DNA of 32,000 nucleotides, from assembly GCA_000175855.1 (NCBI GenBank), contig ACYB01000022.1, positions 71,026-103,025 of the forward strand. The letters are read 5' to 3'. This document shows, one piece after another, positions 10,062 to 19,736 of this stretch. A model generated the notes under the pieces. The model did no database searches, had not been told where the DNA came from, and saw nothing but the letters and a program-made list of their open reading frames with translations. This DNA comes from Raphidiopsis brookii D9. Its GTDB lineage: Bacteria > Cyanobacteriota > Cyanobacteriia > Cyanobacteriales > Nostocaceae. The translations under genes and the position numbers were made by a program. How positions within the stretch are numbered: the first letter of the stretch is position 1; every line of letters begins with the position of its first letter.

Positions 10062-10181
10062 TTAAAGATCCCCGTTACGAAAAGCGAGTACAAAAATTAC
10101 AGCGGGTCCAGCAAGGACAATTAATGCTACACAGGTCAATTGAAACACGACTTCCCAGTTGATATTAGCTAGAGCTTCCAT
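10062..10181 (-). CDS. psb30: Photosystem II reaction centre protein Psb30 (Ycf12)
   Basis: Reverse-strand translation [39 protein letters not shown] (39 aa) matches the well-known Ycf12/Psb30 pattern (NINWEV...[11 protein letters not shown]...LAFR.GDL). It is absent from the supplied ORF track because it is below the length cutoff. Confidence 0.93.
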   Translation of the reverse strand: MEALANINWEVVFQLTCVALIVLAGPAVIFVLAFRNGDL

Positions 10182-10313
10182 TTTTCCTCCCAAGGGGTTT
10201 AAAAAATTAAATAATTCAAATTGCTCAAGGGCAATTTTTCCTACTATATCAATATACCAAAAAACAGGATCAGTTCATGTCTGTTTTTGTTTCATCTATT
10301 ATGGAGGTATTTT

Positions 10314-10667
10314 ATGGCTACTTGGCAATGTGTTAAGCAGTGTGGTGCTTGCTGTCATCTTGATCCTAGCGATCGCCCCTATTTATCCGATTATCTCTCA
10401 CCTACAGAACTCTCACTCTATCTCCGTTTGGTAGGTGAGGATGGTTGGTGTGTTAATTTTGATCGTCAAACACGGGAATGTACTATTTATAGGGATCGTC
10501 CTTCATTTTGTCGGGTAGAGTCTAAAACTTTTGAAAAGATGTATGGTATCAAACCAGAGGAATTAAATGACTTCGCTATTGACTGTTGTCATCAACAGAT
10601 AGATTCTGTATATGGCGATCGCAGTTTAGAAATGATTCGATTTAAGCACATCCTAGGTCTTGAGTAA
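10314..10667 (+). CDS. YkgJ-family cysteine cluster protein (putative Zn/Fe-chelating domain)
   Basis: CVKQCGACCHLDPSDRPYL...GWCVNFDRQTRECTIYRDRPSFCRVE...DCCHQQI, the YkgJ-type cysteine spacing. ATG 10314 is preceded by ggaggt. Confidence 0.85.
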   Translation: MATWQCVKQCGACCHLDPSDRPYLSDYLSPTELSLYLRLVGEDGWCVNFDRQTRECTIYRDRPSFCRVESKTFEKMYGIKPEELNDFAIDCCHQQIDSVYGDRSLEMIRFKHILGLE

Positions 10668-10722
10668 GGATCTTTTTTAAAAACTTGTCATTGGTGATTA
10701 CTTATGAGATAATGATAAAAAT

Positions 10723-11078
10723 ATGAAAAAATCCGTTAGCACTGTGAAAATTGATACTTTGGATTTAACCATTACTGCACCCCAGACAAAAAAGTCTGAC
10801 TCGGTTTGGGTGGTGTTTGCAACGACCTTCATTACCATTTTTTGGCGGAAATAGGTGATAAGACTCAATTATCAACATTATTAATGAGTGCCCAATCCCA
10901 TGCGCCTTGGTTAGTATTCCTGGGAGCAGGAGCTGCTTTGGTAACCACCAGTTTACTAGGAGTGCTGCTTGGTGGTTTTATTGCTAGTAGACTTAGTCCT
11001 AAAACAGTAGAAAAATCAGCGGGATTGGTACTACTGTTAGTTTCTTCCATGTTATTTTGGGACGTGATTCACGGTTAA
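10723..11078 (+). pseudogene. Gdt1/TMEM165 (UPF0016) half-transporter, first of a tandem pair, frameshifted
   Basis: ATG 10723 encodes MKKSVSTVKIDTLDLTITAPQTKKSDSVWVVFATTFITIFWRK*. Adding one T to the 6-T run at 10838-10843 gives ...FATTFITIFLAEIGDKTQLSTLLMSAQSHAPW..., joining ORF 10806-11078 with the E-x-G-D-K motif. This may be a sequencing error. Confidence 0.82.
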
Positions 11079-11095
11079 GTTAATCAATTAATATA

Positions 11096-11401
11096 ATGAT
11101 GGGTATAGATATGGATTGGAATCTTCTGGGAATTAGCTTTATTACCGTGTTTCTTTCCGAACTGGGTGATAAGAGTCAACTAGCTGCGATCGCATTGTCT
11201 GGTCAAGGACAATCTAGAAAGGCTATATTTTTTGGCACCGCAGCTGCGCTGGTGTTCACTAGTTTGCTGGGTGTGTTAGCTGGGGGAGCGGTAGCACAAT
11301 TATTACCCACTAGAATCTTAAAGACAATTGCAGCTATTGGTTTTGCTGTTTTGGCTATTCGTCTTTTACTACCTGGGAATGAAGACGATCGCGCTTCCTA
11401 A
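11096..11401 (+). CDS. Gdt1/TMEM165 (UPF0016) half-transporter, second of a tandem pair
   Basis: 101 aa with SELGDKSQLAAIALSGQG (E-x-G-D-K motif). It starts 17 bp after the previous homologous half. Confidence 0.88.
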   Translation: MMGIDMDWNLLGISFITVFLSELGDKSQLAAIALSGQGQSRKAIFFGTAAALVFTSLLGVLAGGAVAQLLPTRILKTIAAIGFAVLAIRLLLPGNEDDRAS

Positions 11402-11436
11402 AAGCGATCGCCTTATATGGTCAAACCTGAGTTAAA

Positions 11437-11940
11437 CTAGATTGCCATGATTTCTCTGTCATTCCAACAGCGATTAAATAACCAACCAGCTCCTACTAAC
11501 TTAATAACTTCTAGGATAAAATAACCACCATGTAGTAGGTTCATGGTTTCTGGGACTGTACCAGGTGTGACCACCAAACTCAAATTACTACCCAGGGCGG
11601 ACATTTGGGGGGTGAGGAGATAGGTATCTAATAGGGCCACCATGAGCAATAAACAGGACCAACATATACAACTTAGGTTCCACTTTGACTTGGCTTTACC
11701 TATAGCCAATATGGCGGTCAATACTACTGCAGCAGCTACTAACTCCACACGGTTAAAATTCCAAAAAATGGTATAGCCCGCCATGGTAAAATTTGCTTCT
11801 TTCATCATACCAGTAATGTAAAGACTGGGCATGATTAACCCATCTAGTACCATGCTAGCGCTGAGCCAAAAACCCAGGGTGAAGATCACGGTGGTTTGCC
11901 AACCGGATCTTTTAAATTGAAGGTTAGATATATTGTTCAT
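11437..11940 (-). CDS. Hypothetical integral membrane protein
   Basis: 167-aa ORF with about four hydrophobic segments (TVIFTLGFWLSASMVLDGLIM, VELVAAAVVLTAILAI, ICWSCLLLMVALLDTYL, GYFILEVIKLVGAGWLF). Compactly placed and convergent with the UPF0016 pair. Confidence 0.75.
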   Translation of the reverse strand: MNNISNLQFKRSGWQTTVIFTLGFWLSASMVLDGLIMPSLYITGMMKEANFTMAGYTIFWNFNRVELVAAAVVLTAILAIGKAKSKWNLSCICWSCLLLMVALLDTYLLTPQMSALGSNLSLVVTPGTVPETMNLLHGGYFILEVIKLVGAGWLFNRCWNDREIMAI

Positions 11941-12103
11941 AAAACTATGATTGCTGTAATTCTTTTAATTACGTAATTAGGGTGTCTGAGAACACTAGAA
12001 AATCAGGTTGGGAAAATTGCCGACTACCTAAAGTGCCATACTATTTTAGTTTCTATCCAAAAATCCAATTTGACAACGAATATGAACCAAATGTTACAAA
12101 TCG

Positions 12104-13267
12104 TTATCTTTCTCCCAGGGATGGGGTAATAACCTGCTGGGGAATAACTTCTGTCATCACCTGACCAGAACTACCACCCTTAACGATAATATTTTCCGTT
12201 GCCAAATTGCCAATAGCGGTTGACCCTTGGAAAGTCAGGGGTGGTTCCATCTGATGATAAATGACCTTTCCCTGAGCTTCGACCAATTTTCGCTCTAAAT
12301 ACCAAGTAAGTCGGTCTGATTTTAAATATTGATTACGTTGCCCAATTGCCTTAACATCACCTGTTAAATAAACCGTTTTCTGTAGCAATTTCATTTCCGC
12401 TTGATTGCCAGATACTGTTATATTCTCCCCTTGATGAATTACCCTTACGGGCACATTACTTTTGACAATTTCTTGATTAATATCCCAGGAGATCGCATTG
12501 CTATTAATTTGCATTGGTGGGTTAATTAACTGGAGTTTGGCTTCCGGTCCTAGGGTAGTAATTTTGGTTTTCAAATTAACCTCTATACCCTTTCCTTGAG
12601 CGCGATCAGTAAATTGATTGTTTTGATAACGTTGAATTTCCACAGGGCGATCGCCCACCAACTTTTCTGATTGAACTTGCCAAAGTAGGCGTTCGGTTTT
12701 GATTTGTAATTTAGGGTCATTAGAAACGGCAAATACCTGACCGGTAAACTCCACTTGTTGTTGACGAGTTTTAACTCTAGCTTCCTGGGCGGTGGCTTTC
12801 AATTGACGATGACGACCATTAAACTGATTACGGACTATTAATAAATCTTCCTGGGGTCGCCATTCTAATTCATTCCCTTCCAATATTGCTCCATTACGAG
12901 GATCTCTAGCCACAATCTTACCCTTGAGCACAAGTTTTTTACCATCTTGCTGAATATCCGCCGTTTCTGCTTTAATTGTATAAACTACTTTACCATCTTG
13001 ATATAGTTCACCCTGGGGATTTTTGGCTTGACCAATTTCCTTTTCTTTAGTATATTTTGCCTCCCGTGCTTGCACCTTCCAAAATGGTTTGCCATCCTGG
13101 TCAAATTGCTCCAAACTAACACCAAAAAAAGTCAACTGACTATCACTCCTCAACCTATCAGAATCAGAATTATTCTCCACTGGAGAAATAGTAGATGAAC
13201 CCGAGCAACCAAATAATCCCGTTAACAATAATAAAATCACTGACAAATAACTAAAATTTTTAGGCAT
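12104..13267 (-). CDS. lptC: LptC/OstA-like lipopolysaccharide export periplasmic lipoprotein
   Basis: The N terminus MPKNFSYLSVILLLLTGLFGCSGSS resembles a lipoprotein signal. Repetitive beta-rich segments follow (VKTRQQQVEFTGQVFAVSND, ILEGNELEWRPQEDLL), as in LptC/LptA-type proteins. The ORF is open to 13351. Confidence 0.75.
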   Translation of the reverse strand: MPKNFSYLSVILLLLTGLFGCSGSSTISPVENNSDSDRLRSDSQLTFFGVSLEQFDQDGKPFWKVQAREAKYTKEKEIGQAKNPQGELYQDGKVVYTIKAETADIQQDGKKLVLKGKIVARDPRNGAILEGNELEWRPQEDLLIVRNQFNGRHRQLKATAQEARVKTRQQQVEFTGQVFAVSNDPKLQIKTERLLWQVQSEKLVGDRPVEIQRYQNNQFTDRAQGKGIEVNLKTKITTLGPEAKLQLINPPMQINSNAISWDINQEIVKSNVPVRVIHQGENITVSGNQAEMKLLQKTVYLTGDVKAIGQRNQYLKSDRLTWYLERKLVEAQGKVIYHQMEPPLTFQGSTAIGNLATENIIVKGGSSGQVMTEVIPQQVITPSLGER

Positions 13268-13375
13268 ATTTAACATATAAAAGCACATAAAACTGTAGCG
13301 GGAGGAATTGGATTTACTTCCCCTCAAGAAATTGCGCATTAACGCTCCCATAATTCCCGCTTAGTTGGTTTTGCA

Positions 13376-14155
13376 TTATTCTGGAATCTGTAAATGTCCT
13401 TCACTATCTTGATGGTCGTCCAAGAATCCCATACTGGATAATGGTCTGTAGGGATAACCCTGACGAGGTGTCTTTTGGATATCCTCCCTAATCGCTTCCA
13501 AATCAATATAGCGATCGCTCACATTAATCAAGCTGTCACTGGTCATGGAGCGTAGACTAACAACTTCCACCCTGACACCACGATAACTGACCGAGTTAAC
13601 AGCATAGGCCAAATCGCCATCACCGCTGACCAAAACTGCGGTGTCATAGGAGTCTACTAAAGCCATCATATCCACAGCTATCTCCACATCTAGGTTAGCT
13701 TTTTTGGAACCATCTGGCAATTGTACCAAATCCTTAGCTATGACTCGATAACCATTGCGACGCATCCACAACAAAAATCCCTGTTGCTTCTCATTAGTCC
13801 GGTCTACACCGGTATAGAAAAAAGCCCGTAATAGCCTTGATCCACCAGTCAACCGACATAATAGTTTAGTGTAATCAATTTCGATACCTAATTGCAAAGC
13901 TGCATAAAATAAATTTGAGCCATCAATAAATATTGCCACTCGACCCCGATTTTCCAAAACCTGTTCTGGCGTAAAAATCGAGTCATTTTCCAAATTATTC
14001 AACATCATTGTTAGACCTCGGTTGTTATCCATGTCGTCTGCGATAGAAATCATTAAATTCACGCCCTTACTAGATTGGGTTAATTGACTCAGAAAAATGT
14101 CAGTTTTATTACACCTCCCCACGGTAACAAACACCTCCAGCAGTAACCTTTGCAA
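13376..14155 (-). CDS. NYN-domain protein, LabA-like
   Basis: GRVAIFIDGSNLFYAAL...DYTKLLCRLTGG...KKANLDVEIAVDMMALVDSYDTAVLVSGDGDLAYAVN is the LabA/NYN (PIN-like) signature. The start codon is uncertain and several internal Met options exist. Confidence 0.85.
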   Translation of the reverse strand: MQRLLLEVFVTVGRCNKTDIFLSQLTQSSKGVNLMISIADDMDNNRGLTMMLNNLENDSIFTPEQVLENRGRVAIFIDGSNLFYAALQLGIEIDYTKLLCRLTGGSRLLRAFFYTGVDRTNEKQQGFLLWMRRNGYRVIAKDLVQLPDGSKKANLDVEIAVDMMALVDSYDTAVLVSGDGDLAYAVNSVSYRGVRVEVVSLRSMTSDSLINVSDRYIDLEAIREDIQKTPRQGYPYRPLSSMGFLDDHQDSEGHLQIPE

Positions 14156-14238
14156 TGAAAAGACAAATGTTGAGAGGGTTAAATCCGGTTTTTTCCCAAC
14201 AGACCAAATTCAGTTGTTTAACTCAATAATAGAAATTG

Positions 14239-15840
14239 TTAACTGTCTTTTGGTAGTTCTATCCGTTTGAAAATTGGCTCAGGTGTGCCTAACTGTTGTT
14301 TATTCGATAGTACGCCCCATGTTGCATGGGTAGTAAAAGGTGCAACAGTGGAGGTTTCTTTTGGATTGTTAAAATTGATTCCCCATCCTAATTGCTGATA
14401 AATATCGCTACTGATATTAGGAATAATTGGCGATAGTAAATAAGCTGCTAGTCTCACCGATTCCAGAACGGTGTACAACACTGTTGCTACCTGGTTCTGT
14501 TTTCCTTGTTTATATAATGACCAAGGAGCTTGTTCATCTATAAACTTGTTGCTGGTTTGAACTAATAACATTACAGCTTGGGCTACCTCATTGAAAGCTA
14601 AAACTGAATAAGCTTGTTTAACTTTCTCCCCCAATTGCCCACCAATTGTCTTTAAGGTATTCTCAGGGGGAATATCTTGTGGAGCAATGGAGGGAATTTC
14701 CCCAGCACAGTATTTTTTCACCATGTTCAAAGTACGATTTAACAAATTACCTAAGTCATTGGCTAAATCTGCATTTAAAACATGAATGAACCTAATTTCA
14801 TTAAAATCGCCATCCTTACCAAATTCGATTTCCTTAAGGAAGTAATAACGAACAGCATCACTACCATATTTTTTCACCAGCGCTACAGGATCAACAGTAT
14901 TACCCAGAGTCTTCCCCATTTTTTGACCATCTTTAGTCAAAAATCCATGTCCGAATACTTGTTGTGGCAAGGGCAAATTAGCTGATATCAGCATAGCTGG
15001 CCAATATACGGCATGAAATCTTAATATATCTTTACCAATTAAATGTAAGTTAATTGGCCACCATTTAGATACGGCATTTTCTAAAGTTGCTTCTGTTCCT
15101 GGTTCTAATAGTGCTGTTATGTAGCCTAAAAGTGCATCAAACCAAACATAAAGGGTATGTTCGGTATCCACAGGTACAGGAAAGCCCCAATCTAAATTGA
15201 CCCGCGAAATTGAAAAATCCTGTAAACCTTGACTAACAAAGCTAAGAACTTCATTTCGCCGACTAGCAGGTTGAATAAAGTTTGGATGGGATTGATAAAA
15301 CTCCTCTAGTGGTTTTTGATACTTAGATAAACGAAAAAAGTAATTTTGTTCATCGCGCCATTCTACTTCCTTGGTGGTATGGATAGGACAGCGCTTACCT
15401 TCTATCAGCTCCCTTTCTTCTTTAAACTCTTCACAGGATACGCAGTACCAACCCTTCTGCTCTCCTCGGTATATATCACCCTGTTCCCAAACTCTATTAA
15501 AAAATTCTTTGACAATTGCCTGATGCTTTAAATCAGTGGTACGACTAAATCGATCATATTGAATGTTCAAAATTTGCCATAAATCAATAAAACTAGGGAC
15601 AATTTGATCACAAAATTCCTGGGGTGATTTTCCTTGACTTTGTGCTGATCTTTGGATCTTTTGTCCATGTTCGTCTGTTCCAGTAATAAATATTACTTCA
15701 TTACCCAATAAACGCTGAAATCTGGCCATAGTATCTGCAGCTATTGTGGTATAAGCACTACCAATATGGGGAACATCGTTTACATAGTATAGGGGTGTGG
15801 TCAGGGCAAAGGTTTTTGAAGTTTTATTTGTTAGATTCAT
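14239..15840 (-). CDS. metG: Methionyl-tRNA synthetase
   Basis: 533 aa. HIGH-like motif PHIGSAYTTIAADTMARF, Zn-binding CVSCEEFKEERELIEGKRCPIH, KMSKS-like KMGKTLGN. Confidence 0.95.
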   Translation of the reverse strand: MNLTNKTSKTFALTTPLYYVNDVPHIGSAYTTIAADTMARFQRLLGNEVIFITGTDEHGQKIQRSAQSQGKSPQEFCDQIVPSFIDLWQILNIQYDRFSRTTDLKHQAIVKEFFNRVWEQGDIYRGEQKGWYCVSCEEFKEERELIEGKRCPIHTTKEVEWRDEQNYFFRLSKYQKPLEEFYQSHPNFIQPASRRNEVLSFVSQGLQDFSISRVNLDWGFPVPVDTEHTLYVWFDALLGYITALLEPGTEATLENAVSKWWPINLHLIGKDILRFHAVYWPAMLISANLPLPQQVFGHGFLTKDGQKMGKTLGNTVDPVALVKKYGSDAVRYYFLKEIEFGKDGDFNEIRFIHVLNADLANDLGNLLNRTLNMVKKYCAGEIPSIAPQDIPPENTLKTIGGQLGEKVKQAYSVLAFNEVAQAVMLLVQTSNKFIDEQAPWSLYKQGKQNQVATVLYTVLESVRLAAYLLSPIIPNISSDIYQQLGWGINFNNPKETSTVAPFTTHATWGVLSNKQQLGTPEPIFKRIELPKDS

Positions 15841-16483
15841 AGATAATAAAAAAGAAATTATTAAACAGTTTTACCAGCTAGTTAGTTCTGTAAAGCTAGG
15901 CAATTATATAACATTACAGCTATTTTTTCCAACTGTGTTTTGATCATGGCAAGTTAATAACCTCACAATTTTTTCCATTCTATAAACACTAATGATTCTT
16001 CCCTGGGATTAGGAGACAATTAGTCAACAATCACATTCCTGGATTTTGATCACTGTAGTCGCAGAGTGTACTCAGATCAAAAAACTGGGCAAACCAACGG
16101 AAAATCAGGCCTAATCTCTAATTTCTACAGTCCCATCTAATCCCGTTCAGGTTTAAGTATAGAAATGTAAAATATTAATTAAGAAAAATGCCAAATTTTT
16201 ACGCGACATGCAGGAATTAATCGGTAAATAGGTGGGAAAATTTCAGTTTTTAGTATGGACCGATTGTGCTTTGTCAAATACAATCTCATATCCAGACTTC
16301 AACTACCAACCATTGAGATAGATTAACTGCGTCAAGGATTTATTCAGCGATTTCACCTATTTATATATAATTCATTCAAACTTCGCTAAAATCTGTAATT
16401 ATAGTTTCAGACTGAATTAATTTTTATATAGAAAGCTTGATGTAGTTAGCTTTTAATGACTCTATTCCCCGAAAAATACCAAG

Positions 16484-17302
16484 ATGATAGATGTGGAACT
16501 CAAACTCCGGTTTTTAACCCCCAAACCCCTACAACCAGAATATCCATTGTTTATTTATTTACCAGGAATGGATGGAACCGGTGAAATGCTACAGTCACAA
16601 ATTAGCGATTTAGGGCGGGGGTTTGACATTCGTTGTTTAGCAATTCCTAAAACGGATATGAGAGATTGGAACCTATTAACCAGAAATGTCCTCGACTTAA
16701 TTGATATGGAATTGACCACAACATCCGTCAAGAGAGGAAATCGCTCGGTCTATTTGTGTGGTGAATCTTTCGGTGCTTGTTTGGCCATGAAACTAGCTAC
16801 CCAGGCACCAAGTTTGTTTAAACGTATTATTCTAATTAATCCCGCTTCTTCTTTTAAACTAAATCCCTGGATCAGTGTTTCATCCCAAATGACAAATTTA
16901 GTGCCATCATGGTTTTATCCCGTGGGTGCTTGGGGGTTGCTACCCTTTTTAGCATCTTTACCTCGCATATCCAGTCCCCTCCGTCGTCAACTGCTGGAAA
17001 GTATGACCTCCCTCCCTGCAGAAACTATTAATTGGCGATTGTCCTTATTGCGTCACTTTCACCTGGACAATGAGAAAATACAACAAATCAAACAAGAGAC
17101 ACTGTTAATCGCTGGAGCGAGCGATCGCCTGTTACCATCCCTTACAGAGGTAAGAAGATTAGGAAGGATGTTACCAAATAGTAGGACAGTTATCTTACCT
17201 GATAGTGGTCACGCTTGTCTAGTGGAGGAAGAGATAAATCTATATAAAATTCTCCAAGACCAGGGATTTTCCGAGAAAGTTTCCCTCAATAGAAAATTTT
17301 AG
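16484..17302 (+). CDS. Alpha/beta hydrolase fold protein
   Basis: FIYLPGMDGTGEM, nucleophile elbow LCGESFGACLA, ASDRLLPS and the catalytic-His region DSGHACLVEE. Confidence 0.85.
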   Translation: MIDVELKLRFLTPKPLQPEYPLFIYLPGMDGTGEMLQSQISDLGRGFDIRCLAIPKTDMRDWNLLTRNVLDLIDMELTTTSVKRGNRSVYLCGESFGACLAMKLATQAPSLFKRIILINPASSFKLNPWISVSSQMTNLVPSWFYPVGAWGLLPFLASLPRISSPLRRQLLESMTSLPAETINWRLSLLRHFHLDNEKIQQIKQETLLIAGASDRLLPSLTEVRRLGRMLPNSRTVILPDSGHACLVEEEINLYKILQDQGFSEKVSLNRKF

Positions 17303-17334
17303 GCCATACTGGAAGCAGGTAAAAACAAGAAAAA

Positions 17335-18819
17335 ATGACAGAAATGATAACTCGGACTAGTGACACAGAATTATTAAATTGGACTGGTGATACCCTGGGT
17401 ATTGGACTATTTGAAGATGCAGTAGAGCTGAAAGACGACCTAGCAACTCTCAACCAGAAATACGGGGGAGTTTTCTCAGAAGTCATCGCTGAAGAAGAGT
17501 TCACCGGTAAAGCTAATACTACAGTGGTCATTCGTGTGGGAACCCACTCCCCCATTCGTAAGGTAATTTTTATCGGTTTAGGAAAAGTAGATACACTGAA
17601 ACTAGAAACCCTGCGCATAGCGGGTGCAACCCTTGCTAGAACCGCTAAAAAGCAAAAAACTAAAATCCTGGGTATTAGTTTTCCAATATACAATAATCAA
17701 CCAGCAGCTACCGCCCAAGCTATTACAGAAGGTGCCCAATTAGCACTTTATCAAGATATTCGGTTCAAATCAGAACCAGAAGATAAGAATCCCTCTATTG
17801 AGACCATTGACCTATTAAATTTATCGGGACAACAACCAGCTATCACCCGCGCAGAACAAATTGTTTCCGGAGTGATTTTAGCTCGGGAGTTGGTAGCAGC
17901 TCCAGCTAATGCTGTCACACCTATTACCATGGCACAAACTGCTCAAGCGATCGCCCAGGAACATGGTTTGGAACTAAAAATTCTGGAACAAGAAGACTGT
18001 GAAAAACTGGGTATGGGAGCATATTTAGGCGTAGCACAAGCTTCCGACCTTCCACCCAAGTTTATTCACCTCATCTATAAACCCCCAACCACCCCTAAAC
18101 GTAAACTAGCTATTATTGGTAAGGGTCTTACTTTTGATTCTGGTGGTTTGAATATTAAAGGAGCTGGTAGCGGAATTGAAACTATGAAAATTGACATGGG
18201 TGGAGCTGCTGCTACTCTTGGTGCTGCTAAAGCTATAGGTCAGATTAAACCAGATGTAGAAGTTCACTTCATATCAGCAGTTACTGAAAATATGATTAGC
18301 GGCAAAGCTATGCACCCAGGAGATATCCTCAAGGCATCTAATGGCAAAACTATCGAAGTAAATAACACCGATGCGGAAGGGCGTTTAACCCTAGCTGATG
18401 CTCTAGTGTATACCGATCAGTTAGGTCTGGATGCCATGGTAGATCTAGCAACCCTCACGGGCGCTTGTGTGGTAGCTTTAGGCGATGATATTGCTGGCTT
18501 ATTTACCCCTAATGATAATATAGCATCTCAATTGCAAACCGCTGCTGAGTCTTCTGGAGAAAAGATTTGGCGGATGCCAATGGAAGAAAAATATTTTGAA
18601 GGGTTAAAATCAGGTATTGCTGATATGAAAAACACCGGACCCCGCTACGGTGGTTCTATTACAGCTGCTCTATTTCTAAAGCAGTTTGTTAAAAATACAC
18701 CATGGGCACATCTGGATATAGCCGGACCTGTGTGGGCTGATAAAGAAACTGGCTACAATAGTGCTGGAGCAACTGGTTTTGGTGTGAGAACCTTGGTCAA
18801 TTGGATTGAGAGTGATTAA
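17335..18819 (+). CDS. pepA: Leucyl aminopeptidase (cytosol aminopeptidase)
   Basis: 494 aa with [26 protein letters not shown] and the M17 signature [15 protein letters not shown]. Confidence 0.95.
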   Translation: MTEMITRTSDTELLNWTGDTLGIGLFEDAVELKDDLATLNQKYGGVFSEVIAEEEFTGKANTTVVIRVGTHSPIRKVIFIGLGKVDTLKLETLRIAGATLARTAKKQKTKILGISFPIYNNQPAATAQAITEGAQLALYQDIRFKSEPEDKNPSIETIDLLNLSGQQPAITRAEQIVSGVILARELVAAPANAVTPITMAQTAQAIAQEHGLELKILEQEDCEKLGMGAYLGVAQASDLPPKFIHLIYKPPTTPKRKLAIIGKGLTFDSGGLNIKGAGSGIETMKIDMGGAAATLGAAKAIGQIKPDVEVHFISAVTENMISGKAMHPGDILKASNGKTIEVNNTDAEGRLTLADALVYTDQLGLDAMVDLATLTGACVVALGDDIAGLFTPNDNIASQLQTAAESSGEKIWRMPMEEKYFEGLKSGIADMKNTGPRYGGSITAALFLKQFVKNTPWAHLDIAGPVWADKETGYNSAGATGFGVRTLVNWIESD

Positions 18820-18821
18820 AT

Positions 18822-19364
18822 CTAGTATTTTTGTGCTAATATTTCTCTGGGAATTGATTTCAAAAGTTCAGTATTGACACCAGATTCGCGAGTGAGAGAA
18901 ATTTTACCTGTGCGAGCAATTTCCTTCAAACCGAATTTTTGTAAAACCTGAACAATTGCTACCATTTTCCCAGGGTCTCCTACTACTTCTATGGTAAGAG
19001 AATCTTCTGCTACATCAACTACCCTAGCACGGAAAATTTGAGCCAGTTCCACCACTTCGGATCTGTTAGTGCTATTGGCATTTACCTTTAAGAGCATCAA
19101 CTCCCGCTCTACACAGGGAGTTTCTGTAACATCTTGTACCTTTAATACATTAATCAATTTATATAATTGCTTAGTTATTTGTTCAATTACGCGGTCATCT
19201 CCAGGTACCACCATAGTAATGCGGGATATTCCCTCTTGTTCAGCAGGACCAACAGCCAAGCTTTCAATGTTAAAGCCACGACGCGCAAATAAACTAGCAA
19301 TGCGAGACAAAACTCCCGCTTCATCTTCTACAAGAACTGAAAGAGTATGTTTCATGTTCGTCAA
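18822..19364 (-). CDS. ilvN: Acetolactate synthase small (regulatory) subunit
   Basis: The N-terminal ACT domain [37 protein letters not shown] is characteristic of IlvN/IlvH. The true start may be Met4. Confidence 0.95.
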   Translation of the reverse strand: MTNMKHTLSVLVEDEAGVLSRIASLFARRGFNIESLAVGPAEQEGISRITMVVPGDDRVIEQITKQLYKLINVLKVQDVTETPCVERELMLLKVNANSTNRSEVVELAQIFRARVVDVAEDSLTIEVVGDPGKMVAIVQVLQKFGLKEIARTGKISLTRESGVNTELLKSIPREILAQKY

Positions 19365-19444
19365 AATGGAATGGATAACTAATAACAGACCGATTATAGT
19401 AGAGATGATAACAAACTACTATAATCGCGGTTCAAATTATTCCG

Positions 19445-19687
19445 ATGGCTAGAAAACAAAAGTTTCCTTATTTACTAGGTTCTAAGTGGACAGCTCAACA
19501 AAAAGTGGATGGTTGGAGACACTTTCAAGTTGTTAATCGTAAAAATCAAGGTAACTGGGTATATGCGGAAATAGTAGCTGCATGTGATCCAAAGGTGCGT
19601 TTTTGGATAAATGCCAAACTATTACAGGACAATTCCCAATGGCACCCAGGTTGGCAATCTTTAACAGAAATCAACAATAAGATGTAG
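19445..19687 (+). CDS. TIGR02450-type small Trp-rich protein
   Basis: 80 aa: FPYLLGSKWTAQQKVDGWRHFQVVNRKNQGNWVYAEIVAACDPKVRFWINAKLLQDNSQWHPGW. It resembles the recognised small tryptophan-rich conserved family. Confidence 0.8.
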   Translation: MARKQKFPYLLGSKWTAQQKVDGWRHFQVVNRKNQGNWVYAEIVAACDPKVRFWINAKLLQDNSQWHPGWQSLTEINNKM

Positions 19688-19710
19688 TAGCACTTAGCGA
19701 TCGCCTTTAT

Positions 19711-19736
19711 CCATAATTCCCAAACAGGAATTATGG
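19711..19736. terminator. Stem-loop downstream of the Trp-rich small gene
   Basis: Perfect 10-bp inverted repeat ccataattcc-caaaca-ggaattatgg. Confidence 0.5.

Noticed and set aside
10159-10434. Plus-strand 91-aa ORF
   Set aside because: Overlaps the start of psb30 on the other strand and the YkgJ-type gene in another frame. The hydrophobicity appears to be incidental.
11982-12164. Plus-strand 60-aa ORF
   Set aside because: Uses a non-ATG start, runs into the end of the lptC-like gene on the opposite strand, and shows no motif.
14239-15840. Short metG (533 aa) as a possibly truncated gene
   Set aside because: The length matches synthetases that lack the C-terminal tRNA-binding appendix. 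All core motifs are present and a normal stop is seen.
17286-17693. Minus-strand 135-aa ORF antisense to pepA
   Set aside because: A mirror ORF of a strongly recognised gene. Its length reflects codon structure, not independent coding.
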